A stretch of 64,000 bases of DNA. Source: a virus. Location of the stretch: IMG/VR virus record IMGVR_UViG_3300025168_000034, positions 1 to 64,000 of that record; one strand, written 5' to 3'. The notes beneath the pieces were generated by a model. That model worked only from the letters and a program-made list of their open reading frames with translations. It was not told where the DNA came from and searched no databases. Below, piece after piece: positions 9,382 to 17,612 of the stretch (position 1 is its first letter; the number at the start of each line of letters is the position of its first letter). The translations under genes and the position numbers were made by a program.

Positions 9382-10460
9382 CCTTTCTTCCAGCCTCCTC
9401 CAGCTGCTTTATATTTTTTAGCTGCCCATCCATTAGCATACGCAGATGGATACACATCAAATTTCTTTTTAGCTTGCGACTTGTAGTAGGACCATTTCGA
9501 CGGATCGGTTGGTATGTTCTTCTCTAAAAACAACTCAAGCTTTTCAGTTACTTTTGTTTTCACGTTTATTGGTTTATTTCCCTGTCCTGGTTGTTTCTTT
9601 CCTCCCTTACCAGCTTTGTTTTGTGCTGCTCGCTTTCTACGAGTAGCTGATTCTTTCTCTTTCTTACTCATGCCTCTTGCTTTAGCAGCAGGAACACATT
9701 TAGCATATCCTCTCTTCTTACCACTTGTTCCACATTCTGGATGTTTACCGGACTTGTCCTTCTTTCCAATGTTGACCCACTTCTGTTTGAACCACTTACG
9801 AAGATCTTCTGATACGTCTTGCTTTTTGAGCTTATCTCTGTTAGCTTTAGCCCAATCCATCCATATACTCTTGATACGTGACCAATCAGCTTTCTCTGTA
9901 CCTTTTTTGCCAGAGTTTTCAAAGTTCTTAATATTTTCTGTATGCCACTCTTCCATAGCCTGATCGAGTGTTATACTCTTATGCACTGCTCGTGTCACAA
10001 GTCCTTGCACATAGGCAGGAATCTCATCAGCTTGTGTGAGATAGTTTTCATATGTGTCGTAGTCTTGATTAGGATCGTGCGCAACAATAAACATATCATC
10101 AAAGCTTTGCTGACCGATATGTTCTAATTCATGTCTCAATGTTTCGTATACCTCTGCTTCTAATCCACTTAATGCTTGAGGAAACTCAGTAGGCTTATAC
10201 TGTACAACTATGTTTAAATCACCTGGCATGTCTACAGTACCACCTTCACCATAGGCTGTTATATCGTAAGCATAATCTAAATTTGGTCGTTCTTTATAGG
10301 ATATTTCTAAGTCAAATGCTCCTCGCTCTTTTCCACGATCTAGGATATAAAGTTCATCATAGTTTTTGAAAGATCCAATTGTTGGTTTGAGTGCTTTAAA
10401 CAATCCTTCAGCTGCTTGATCTAGCTCATTTTCTAACAATATATTTTTTAGCTTCATCAT
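9378..10460 (-). CDS. leader-bearing modular protein: HExxH zincin-like domain plus two basic C-terminal modules
   Basis: MMKLKNILLE; LRHELEH...DEIPAY; then EDLRKWF...CVP and EKNIPTDPSKW...YPSAYAN modules. Confidence 0.75.
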   Translation of the reverse strand: MMKLKNILLENELDQAAEGLFKALKPTIGSFKNYDELYILDRGKERGAFDLEISYKERPNLDYAYDITAYGEGGTVDMPGDLNIVVQYKPTEFPQALSGLEAEVYETLRHELEHIGQQSFDDMFIVAHDPNQDYDTYENYLTQADEIPAYVQGLVTRAVHKSITLDQAMEEWHTENIKNFENSGKKGTEKADWSRIKSIWMDWAKANRDKLKKQDVSEDLRKWFKQKWVNIGKKDKSGKHPECGTSGKKRGYAKCVPAAKARGMSKKEKESATRRKRAAQNKAGKGGKKQPGQGNKPINVKTKVTEKLELFLEKNIPTDPSKWSYYKSQAKKKFDVYPSAYANGWAAKKYKAAGGGWKKG

Positions 10461-11215
10461 TTCTTTTTTCCACTTTTCATGTTAGCACACCAGTGGTACA
10501 TCTTTCCCTTCTCGCCTCCATGCTTCTTAGCTCTAGCTCGTAGATCAGTTACCGATCCTTTGCAGCTAGCTCCTGCACGTTTAACTCTACCTGGACTACT
10601 CTTAGCTTTCTCATTAAGTCCAAGTTTTGATAACACTCTTTGAAAGAAGCTTTTGACTTCTTTTGGTGGTATTGGATCACCATTCCCATCTATAGTGTTG
10701 ATCTTAATATTCTTCTCTTTGCACAACTTTATGCAATCTTTCATGTCTAAGTAATACAGCTTATCATTAGTCCACTCCTTTTGATCTTTATACTCTATGA
10801 TAATGTCAAAGCTTATTACATATTTGCTAAGTAGCACATCAAATTTCTTTTTAGACACAATACGCTCTTCTGCTTCAAAATTCTGCTTTCCTGCCTTTGT
10901 AAGGCTTCCCTTCTCAAATCCTTTTTGAGCATATGGTTTAATAGAAAATTCATTACTCATCTTATTTCCATCAAAAGTAAACCTACATGGAATATTTGAA
11001 CCAACCTGTGTTAAGAATCTCGACTCTTTGTGAAAGTTTTTATCACGAGTGAATGATATTGCATAAAAAGGATCATCCAAAGAACCTAATGCTCCACCTT
11101 CATCACTTTTAAGTTTCCCTGACTTGACAATGTCTATAGCTCTAGAGTAGCTGGTATAGTGGTATATGATTCCTACTTGCTTAGCTTCAAATAATATGTC
11201 TTTAAGCTTAATCAT
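10457..11215 (-). CDS. leader-bearing putative ADP-ribosyltransferase-fold protein plus basic C-terminal module
   Basis: MIKLKDILFE; IYHYT...ISFTR...EAEER (H, S-x-T, ExE pattern). Confidence 0.6.
   Translation of the reverse strand: MIKLKDILFEAKQVGIIYHYTSYSRAIDIVKSGKLKSDEGGALGSLDDPFYAISFTRDKNFHKESRFLTQVGSNIPCRFTFDGNKMSNEFSIKPYAQKGFEKGSLTKAGKQNFEAEERIVSKKKFDVLLSKYVISFDIIIEYKDQKEWTNDKLYYLDMKDCIKLCKEKNIKINTIDGNGDPIPPKEVKSFFQRVLSKLGLNEKAKSSPGRVKRAGASCKGSVTDLRARAKKHGGEKGKMYHWCANMKSGKKK
11182..11215 (-). repeat. 34-bp gene-start repeat, copy 1
   Basis: tagcttcaaataatatgtctttaagcttaatcat; 33/34 identical to 11604-11637. Confidence 0.9.
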
Positions 11216-11637
11216 ATTCTATTTATTTTCATATAGTAGATGCCATCCTTCTCTCCTAGGACTTCTCCACCTAACTTCTTCCAGAAGCCTATTGCTCCGT
11301 CTGGGCCAGCTGTTGTGTATAGTGTTATGTGTTGTGTGTTTGGACTATCTTTGAAGATCTTCTGTATCACTTGTTTTCCTATACCTTGTCTGTATTGCAT
11401 TATTGCCATCCCGCCATACATGAATATTGAGTTGGGTGATGATGGTCCCTTGCCTTTCTGCTTGATTCGGTCCATCGGATCAAACGGTATAGTTCCTGTG
11501 TCTTCTATATGAAATACTCCGACCTTTTGACGTCCTGAGAATACGAAATGAGCTCCAGTACCTAACTCTTTCTTTTTAGTGGTATCGTTCTTGTAGCTGA
11601 TCGTAGCTTCAAATAATATGTCTTTAAGCTTGATCAT
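11212..11637 (-). CDS. leader-bearing GNAT acetyltransferase
   Basis: start re-assigned to MIKLKDILFE; acetyl-CoA motif QYRQGIGK and AIGFWKKLG. Confidence 0.8.
   Translation of the reverse strand: MIKLKDILFEATISYKNDTTKKKELGTGAHFVFSGRQKVGVFHIEDTGTIPFDPMDRIKQKGKGPSSPNSIFMYGGMAIMQYRQGIGKQVIQKIFKDSPNTQHITLYTTAGPDGAIGFWKKLGGEVLGEKDGIYYMKINRI
11604..11637 (-). repeat. 34-bp gene-start repeat, copy 2
   Basis: tagcttcaaataatatgtctttaagcttgatcat. Confidence 0.9.
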
Positions 11638-12208
11638 TAGGATTCTCAAATTTTGGTTGAATAAGAAAGTAGTCGTTGAATACTCTCACTCCATATGGCT
11701 TACTAAGTTTTGGTAGATTCTTTTTAATGAATGCTAGATATAGTTTACCTCTTCTGGTATCCACACCATCTGTTGAATCCACATCATCATCACCACCATC
11801 TAATGATTTTATAGGAGCTACTTCTAGGTTATGTATATACCAATGCTCTTGCCATTCTTCTATGAAATCAAACACAATGTCTTTTATTGTTGACATCACT
11901 CGGTATTGTTCTCCTAGGTTTGTGTCATCTAAACTAAACCCACCTCCTGGTGTCTTCACATGAAAATCTACTTCTGATTGGATTGTTCCGGGAGTGCGCA
12001 TCACATCAAGATCAATACTGACGACATACTGAGTTTGTTTATCTGTAGTGAATTCATACTCAATCATGTTAGCATCATATGATTCATACGGCATGTTAGA
12101 ATCACTACCTTTATACTCTTCTGCAGATTTTCCAAGAGTTCGTTTAAATGCAAATGGCTTTGCAGACGCATCACCTATCTCATATAATATGTCTTTAAGC
12201 TTTATCAT
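11624..12208 (-). CDS. leader-bearing protein of unknown function (paralog of the C-terminal domain of the 12205-13164 gene)
   Basis: MIKLKDILYE-IGDASAKPF; YEFTTDK, YRVMSTI and RRGKLY align with 12205-13164. Confidence 0.75.
   Translation of the reverse strand: MIKLKDILYEIGDASAKPFAFKRTLGKSAEEYKGSDSNMPYESYDANMIEYEFTTDKQTQYVVSIDLDVMRTPGTIQSEVDFHVKTPGGGFSLDDTNLGEQYRVMSTIKDIVFDFIEEWQEHWYIHNLEVAPIKSLDGGDDDVDSTDGVDTRRGKLYLAFIKKNLPKLSKPYGVRVFNDYFLIQPKFENPNDQA
12184..12208 (-). repeat. gene-start repeat, copy 3 (25 bp core)
   Basis: ataatatgtctttaagctttatcat, 24/25 identical to copies 1 and 2. Confidence 0.85.
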
Positions 12209-13164
12209 GGTAAGTGTATTACGTAAGCATCACCTTGAGCTCCAGATGGCTGTCTTTCTACTCTTGCTCCAGGCACTTGTTTTTGTATGTATGCTTTATA
12301 GAGATTTGATCTCCTACTATCTTCTTTTTCTGATCTTCCTTCCTCTTTTGTTGTGTTAAACGATATCTTTTTAGGTTCTAAAGCATGCTCCATTTCACCA
12401 TATAAATCCTTATCGTTTATGTGCATATCGAATGTTGAGTCTAAAAAGTCTTTGACAATCTCTACAACTGTAGCCATTACTCTAAATGCTCCAATTCCTG
12501 TCACTACTCCATAGTTTGCTGATTGCGATATGTTGAATGATGAGCTGCTTCCTAATGGTCCAAATGCTAGATCCCACTCATTGGTTCCTGCATGTACGAA
12601 GCTTACATAATAATCTCCTTTATCTGTTTTGAATGTATATCCAAAATCCTGACTATCTGCAGCTGGATGCTCTTCGTGATACTGCCATGGGAATGCTTTT
12701 GCAGATCCATCACCTATCTCTCTCAACATAGGCATCAGCTTAGCCATATCTGCAGAGTCTGTTGGCATCTCTTCTTTTCCTACTTCCTTTTCATCAGTGG
12801 GAATGTCTTCATACATGCTTATGGTATCTCCTGACATCTCCCAAGGACCCCAGTGCTTTGCTTTGAGTATCCATTTTAGTGATTCATCTGTATCGTAGTA
12901 CTTATTATCTTCCTTACGAACACCTCCGATAGCATAGTATAAATCTTTAGGGATTTCTAACTCTCTTCCATTAGAATGATCTAATACTGTGTCGTTTGTT
13001 TCTACCCAAGCATGACCAAATCTCTTACCTTCCAATGCTCCTTGTCCATTCACCATTCCATGTACTAACGTATGACCATCACGTAATTTTGTCATAAGTC
13101 TGCCAGCTGCTTGATAGCAATCTCCTTTTGCAACTTCTAGTAATATGTTGTTAAGTTTAATCAT
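12205..13164 (-). CDS. leader-bearing two-domain protein: transglutaminase/papain-like Cys-His-Asp domain plus unknown domain
   Basis: MIKLNNILLE; GDCY...GHAWVE...VLD triad pattern; second domain starts at PMLRE-IGDGSAKAF. Confidence 0.7.
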   Translation of the reverse strand: MIKLNNILLEVAKGDCYQAAGRLMTKLRDGHTLVHGMVNGQGALEGKRFGHAWVETNDTVLDHSNGRELEIPKDLYYAIGGVRKEDNKYYDTDESLKWILKAKHWGPWEMSGDTISMYEDIPTDEKEVGKEEMPTDSADMAKLMPMLREIGDGSAKAFPWQYHEEHPAADSQDFGYTFKTDKGDYYVSFVHAGTNEWDLAFGPLGSSSSFNISQSANYGVVTGIGAFRVMATVVEIVKDFLDSTFDMHINDKDLYGEMEHALEPKKISFNTTKEEGRSEKEDSRRSNLYKAYIQKQVPGARVERQPSGAQGDAYVIHLP

Positions 13165-13343
13165 TCAAATTTTCTTCTATGCTTTGCACGTTGATCTTCT
13201 AACACATATTCAACTACATCTCTTTTACCGCAATGTGGACAATTCAAATGTTCAATATCTTCAGCTTCATTAATCTTCCACTCTCCTTTACAAGAGCTGC
13301 ATTTATAAATGTATGTGTGTCGGATAAATACTTTGTGACTCAT
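13161..13343 (-). CDS. small zinc-ribbon protein
   Basis: CSSC...CPHC; start re-assigned to MSHKVF (ATGA overlap with an upstream 18-aa ORF). Confidence 0.7.
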   Translation of the reverse strand: MSHKVFIRHTYIYKCSSCKGEWKINEAEDIEHLNCPHCGKRDVVEYVLEDQRAKHRRKFE

Positions 13344-13392
13344 ATTGCTGTATCGGGATACCAATCTTCGTCATCCCATTCGTTTGGTTGTT

Positions 13393-13866
13393 TCATTTTA
13401 TTGGTCCCCCTCCGACCCAAGCATCACAAGTTCTAGCTCCTGCACACTTAAACCAAAAGAATTCACAAAAACCTATATTTGCATTTTTAACTATTGTCTT
13501 ACCATCTGTTCCAATGGCTTTTTCAATCTTAGCAAGTGTAGCTTTCTTCTGATCAAATGCTCCACAATTACCACACCTTGATTGTTTAGCAGCCTCTACT
13601 GTGGTATTCCATAGCTCAGCTTTGTCTTCCCAAAAAGGTTTAGATCCTTTCTCGTCGTCTGGATTAAGTGGTCCATAGCTGTATTCTTTAACTGTACGAT
13701 TTCTGTTTAGAGTATTGAGATCTAAATCAGTAATTGAATCCTCAGGCTTGCCATCTTTGTTACCAATCTCCTTTTCTTTTTTTAAAGCAGCAGGAGTATT
13801 GTATCCATCATAATCTGATAGCTTTCCTTCAAGGACAATATCTTTTACTATTCCTTTAAGTTTCAT
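13393..13866 (-). CDS. leader-bearing Cys-rich protein
   Basis: MKLKGIVKDIVLE; CGNC...GFC...KCAGARTCDAW metal-binding pattern. Confidence 0.75.
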   Translation of the reverse strand: MKLKGIVKDIVLEGKLSDYDGYNTPAALKKEKEIGNKDGKPEDSITDLDLNTLNRNRTVKEYSYGPLNPDDEKGSKPFWEDKAELWNTTVEAAKQSRCGNCGAFDQKKATLAKIEKAIGTDGKTIVKNANIGFCEFFWFKCAGARTCDAWVGGGPIK

Positions 13867-14438
13867 CAGAATTTACCTATCATTATTTTAGTTACTGGCT
13901 TTCCGTTAATTTGTCTTGTGTACCATCCATTGCCCGGCGCTTTGCCTTTAGGATGTTTTCCATGCCATGTTGTTTCTTGAGACCTTCTATCACCTAATAC
14001 TTTACGTACTTGTGCTTCATCGTCTACAGTTGGCACTCCACCTTTTCCTACAAATGAATCATATGCAGGTCCTGATACTTCTACATAGTTTCCAGGAGTT
14101 TTAAGTTCAGCTGATTTCCTTTGTAGGAGATTCTTGATATTCCCTCGTTCACCATCGTGTCCCATTCCAGTATGTTTAACACCGAATGGAGTCTTTTTTC
14201 CAAAGTAAACTACATCAATTTCAGGATCTGCATCTATATCAGCAACTCTCCAGAATTTGAGATTTGGATCTTTCATATCTTCTGGCTTCTTGTACTTGAG
14301 ATGTCCGCCAATATTAGCATAGGCATTTGCAACAAGATTATAGAGATCTTGTTTGAGATCATCTACATCTGCTGGAGAAGGAGTTACGTATTTACCTTTT
14401 GGTAAATCTAATTCCTTTAGAATATCTTTTAACTTCAT
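13866..14438 (-). CDS. leader-bearing protein of unknown function (first gene of the operon)
   Basis: MKLKDILKE; ATG lies 3 nt after the GACTATTTATA motif. Confidence 0.75.
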   Translation of the reverse strand: MKLKDILKELDLPKGKYVTPSPADVDDLKQDLYNLVANAYANIGGHLKYKKPEDMKDPNLKFWRVADIDADPEIDVVYFGKKTPFGVKHTGMGHDGERGNIKNLLQRKSAELKTPGNYVEVSGPAYDSFVGKGGVPTVDDEAQVRKVLGDRRSQETTWHGKHPKGKAPGNGWYTRQINGKPVTKIMIGKF

Positions 14439-14440
14439 AC

Positions 14441-14902
14441 TTATAAATAGTCTTCAAAAATCTTTATAGGAGTTCTGTGACCGTGATCTTTCAAGTGGTA
14501 ACGAAGCTGACCTTTCTTGATGCTCTTTCTGAGTAGCTTAGCTGTCTCAGTAGGATCAATCACATCATCTTCACTTCCATTAATCATCACACCGACCACT
14601 TCATTAGGTCCTTCGTAGACTCCCTCAGGCTCAAACTTTCGACTATGGAGAGCAGGATTAAGAAGCACAACTGGTGTCTTTGTAAAAGTAGCAATCATGT
14701 AAGCAAAATAGCCTCCCATACTACTACCAATAATAATATCAGGCTCAAATCCTCGAACCAAATCTAACATCTGTTGAAACAACTTAGGATTGTGATAGTC
14801 CATTTCTGGAGCAATCACCTCATACTTGCTAGCAAGGAAGTCAACCTTTGGCCCTCCTTGCCCACTCTCTAAACCGTGAAAATAAATTACTTTTTGTTTC
14901 AT
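14441..14902 (-). CDS. YqiA-like alpha/beta hydrolase (esterase)
   Basis: YFHGLES, nucleophile elbow GSSMGG, LLNPA, DDVI, GH. Confidence 0.85.
   Translation of the reverse strand: MKQKVIYFHGLESGQGGPKVDFLASKYEVIAPEMDYHNPKLFQQMLDLVRGFEPDIIIGSSMGGYFAYMIATFTKTPVVLLNPALHSRKFEPEGVYEGPNEVVGVMINGSEDDVIDPTETAKLLRKSIKKGQLRYHLKDHGHRTPIKIFEDYL
14442..14452 (-). promoter_or_regulatory. putative late promoter GACTATTTATA (class C)
   Basis: recurs just upstream of starts at 15903, 17343, 44506, 49373, 57219 and 57316, with variants at 20727 and 50517. Confidence 0.65.
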
Positions 14903-14912
14903 TTCTCTCTCT

Positions 14913-14953
14913 CTTTACATTGTAAAGATCAGAATAAATATTCGATTTTGCAA
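14913..14953 (-). promoter_or_regulatory. class A promoter-like site with palindrome
   Basis: TTG-N20-GATCTTTA; CTTTACAATGTAAAG. Confidence 0.7.
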
Positions 14954-14971
14954 CAGTTGAAGGGGATTATT

Positions 14972-15898
14972 TTACCACCATTTGCTTCCTTGAGCTTTCT
15001 TATTTTTCCTTCTAGGTGGAGGAGGTGGAGGTTCATTAACAGCACTTGGTGGGGATGGTTCTGGAGTTGGGGCTTTAACCCTCTCGGCTTTACTCTCCTC
15101 CTGATTACCATCACCCGCTAGTGCCTTATTGGCTGAGATTAATAGCATGATAGCCAATGGATCAAATACGATAATGAATAATAAGATAAACCAATTTACT
15201 ACTTTGTCAGTGGGTTGGTTTGTTATACTAGCAACATACTTCAGTGGTCCTATCTCAGCTGCTACATCTGAGTTAGTCTCTAAATCTAATACTCGCAAAT
15301 CAATTGCTGTTACACTATCATTCAATACATCTTGTTTTATTGCTAAAGTGTCACGTCTTGCTTGTTGTGATTCTAGTTGTTGTTTGATGATCTTTCTTGT
15401 AGATGATGATTGTGTTGTGATTACCTGACCCTCTGAATTAGTATATTGCACAACATTGTTTCCTAAACCTTCACTTAGTTGTATGATTTGAGTGTTAATG
15501 TCTTGCTGTTCCTTATTGATATCTAAAACCTGCTGTTTGTATCTGTCACGTTTCTTGATTTGCACTTCAACTTGTTTATCAACGGCTTGCATCTTATATG
15601 CTGTCTCTTGGTATGCTGATACCAGGAATCCATATATTCCTAATGATGTGATACCCATTAAGACAATCATTGCTGATACAAAGTAGATCTTACGAACCCA
15701 ATGGATAGTCTTCCAAAAGCGTTCAAGATAGGCAGCTGTAATTACTTTGGATGCTTCTAATATTCCAGCCATTATTATGACAGCTGTTGTCTGAGCTGAA
15801 AAGAGTTTGCTTATTCCAAACACACTATAATACGCAGCTGTGGAAGCTAATGATAGTGCAGCTACCAATACAAGAAGTGGTAGTAGTTTATGTTTCAT
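14972..15898 (-). CDS. membrane protein with a long coiled coil (conserved in large phages)
   Basis: AAYYSVFG, LEASK, ITSLGIYGFL, EIGPLKY and VFDPLAI motifs; start set at MKHKLL after the class C motif. Confidence 0.8.
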   Translation of the reverse strand: MKHKLLPLLVLVAALSLASTAAYYSVFGISKLFSAQTTAVIIMAGILEASKVITAAYLERFWKTIHWVRKIYFVSAMIVLMGITSLGIYGFLVSAYQETAYKMQAVDKQVEVQIKKRDRYKQQVLDINKEQQDINTQIIQLSEGLGNNVVQYTNSEGQVITTQSSSTRKIIKQQLESQQARRDTLAIKQDVLNDSVTAIDLRVLDLETNSDVAAEIGPLKYVASITNQPTDKVVNWFILLFIIVFDPLAIMLLISANKALAGDGNQEESKAERVKAPTPEPSPPSAVNEPPPPPPRRKNKKAQGSKWW

Positions 15899-15919
15899 CT
15901 TATATAAATAGGGGGGAAA

Positions 15920-16320
15920 ACACAATTAGACACGCTTAACGGTTTGTTAATTATCCTTTGAGCAATTGCTTAGTTGAAACCTTATCGTCCCAACAAGCTT
16001 GCACTTTGTTATCTAGTTTATCGAATCGAGAGTCAGTGTGTGAAATTGCCTGCTCAACTCGCTCATCTAAATCCCGACTCAACTGATCACGATCAGTATT
16101 GTGTATGTTCATTAGAGTTTGCTCGACCATGGTTATGTCTCTGTGGGTACTTGCAAATTTCTCATCATAGTCTCTGAGTTTCGCGTTTAACTTCGCCACC
16201 TTGATAGCAGCCCAAACAGCCATTCCAGCTACTGCCAGAACAACCACAAAAGCTATACCTAAAGTAAAATAAAGTGTTTCCATATTTTCTATTTGTTAGT
16301 GGTCAAGCGTGTCATTGTGT
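15920..16320. repeat. imperfect inverted repeat (15920-15940 / 16302-16320) enclosing one gene
   Basis: acacaattagacacgcttaac vs reverse complement acacaatgacacgcttgac. Confidence 0.8.
15951..16283 (-). CDS. N-terminal TM plus coiled-coil protein
   Basis: hydrophobic residues 4-28, then heptad repeats. Confidence 0.75.
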   Translation of the reverse strand: METLYFTLGIAFVVVLAVAGMAVWAAIKVAKLNAKLRDYDEKFASTHRDITMVEQTLMNIHNTDRDQLSRDLDERVEQAISHTDSRFDKLDNKVQACWDDKVSTKQLLKG

Positions 16321-16742
16321 TATATATCTAAGCTCCCACTATCGGGATCTAGATCGTCAGCATCTCCGCCAAAGGATCTTAAAGCGGAAAGAAAAGCAAG
16401 CATGGCTGACATCTTGCTAGTTTTTTTATTCAGTAAATAATCGACATAATCCTTAACCCAATCATCAACTGGGAATCCTAGATCATATAAGTCGTGAATG
16501 GCATGCGATACGGTTTTGTCGTGATATCTATTCATCAAGAACATAAACAATTCACCGTTGTTTTCTTTTCTGTCTACCTCAAGCCTGTAATCCATAAAAG
16601 CGCCATATCGTATTTTAAAAGCTGTTCCTTCATCAAAATCTATAGCAATTTCAAAACAACCCTTTCCAGGATTATCTTCATAATCATATATAGGTGTAAT
16701 CACCTTTACATCATCTGCACTAAACTTTAAAGGATCTTCCAT
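16320..16742 (-). CDS. hypothetical protein
   Basis: coupled ORF. Confidence 0.65.
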   Translation of the reverse strand: MEDPLKFSADDVKVITPIYDYEDNPGKGCFEIAIDFDEGTAFKIRYGAFMDYRLEVDRKENNGELFMFLMNRYHDKTVSHAIHDLYDLGFPVDDWVKDYVDYLLNKKTSKMSAMLAFLSALRSFGGDADDLDPDSGSLDI

Positions 16743-16954
16743 TATGACATTCTATTGTGTTTTACTAAAACTTCTTCCAACACACCTCTTACAGTTGGAC
16801 GAGGCCATTTGTATTCTGTTTGTAAGGCTAATTCGATAGCATCATATATAATGCTAGCTACATCATGCTTATCTTCAATATTCTCTAACGTCTCTCGGAT
16901 GTATGTTCTAGTGAACGTCTGACGATATGCTTCGTGTCGATCATCAACTCCCAT
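16742..16954 (-). CDS. hypothetical protein
   Basis: coupled ORF. Confidence 0.6.
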   Translation of the reverse strand: MGVDDRHEAYRQTFTRTYIRETLENIEDKHDVASIIYDAIELALQTEYKWPRPTVRGVLEEVLVKHNRMS

Positions 16955-17175
16955 TACAACTTTATATCTTTTAAACGATCAAACTCGGCTGCTGCTTTTG
17001 GGTCTTTAAAGATTGCTATACCCTGCATTGCATCATCTGCTGATGTTCCAGTATGTACTGGTCTTGCAGCATATGCTGATGTTGTTGAGTGTTGGACACA
17101 CGTTCTTGTGTTGGGTAATATTTTAAGTCTTCCTAAAGGAATTTCAACTCCACAGACTATACATCTTCTTTCCAT
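16954..17175 (-). CDS. TraR/DksA-type zinc-finger protein
   Basis: CIVCGVEIPLGRLKILPNTRTCVQH matches CxxCGxxIPxxRLxxxPxxxxCxxC/H. Confidence 0.8.
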   Translation of the reverse strand: MERRCIVCGVEIPLGRLKILPNTRTCVQHSTTSAYAARPVHTGTSADDAMQGIAIFKDPKAAAEFDRLKDIKL

Positions 17176-17339
17176 TTGTTATTTTGATTTTGTTTTCGAT
17201 TGTATGCTTTTTTGTTTTTGTGCACCTTATGGGTGGGGATCGAGTACATCCCCAACTCCACTAAGGCTTGTCTGTATGCGCCACTGAGGCTCTTGAATTT
17301 GTCCGTACTACTCTCTTTATGTTTTTCAACTCGTTTCAT
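17157..17339 (-). CDS. small basic protein
   Basis: HKVHKNKKAYNRK; ATG immediately after the class C motif at 17343-17353. Confidence 0.65.
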   Translation of the reverse strand: MKRVEKHKESSTDKFKSLSGAYRQALVELGMYSIPTHKVHKNKKAYNRKQNQNNKWKEDV

Positions 17340-17359
17340 AATTATAAATAGTCAAATAA

Positions 17360-17611
17360 TCACAATTGTGGACATTCACAAAACTTCTTGGCTGCTAACT
17401 CTTTGCGGATTTTCGTTATGTAAAGGATGAAATCCATTGCTTCTTCTTGAGCGTGTTCTAACCATTGGTCTATGGATAGATCATCACGATCCATTGTAGC
17501 GTTATATTTCTCGTAGCCTTTAGCTGCTCTGTCGGCAAACTTCTGGCGTACTTCTTCTACTACAGAATCGGTAGAGAAGCGGTCAAGGTTTATATGGTCT
17601 AATGGATCCAT
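17360..17611 (-). CDS. all-alpha NTP-pyrophosphohydrolase-like (MazG/dATP-dGTP diphosphohydrolase-like) phage protein
   Basis: KGYEKY...WLEHAQEEAMDFILY with an EExxD metal motif. Confidence 0.5.
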   Translation of the reverse strand: MDPLDHINLDRFSTDSVVEEVRQKFADRAAKGYEKYNATMDRDDLSIDQWLEHAQEEAMDFILYITKIRKELAAKKFCECPQL

Positions 17612-17612
17612 A

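Noticed and set aside
11182-12208. The 34-bp repeats as a CRISPR array or attC sites
   Set aside because: They are protein-coding, separated by whole genes of 400-600 bp, not palindromic, and no integrase is in view.
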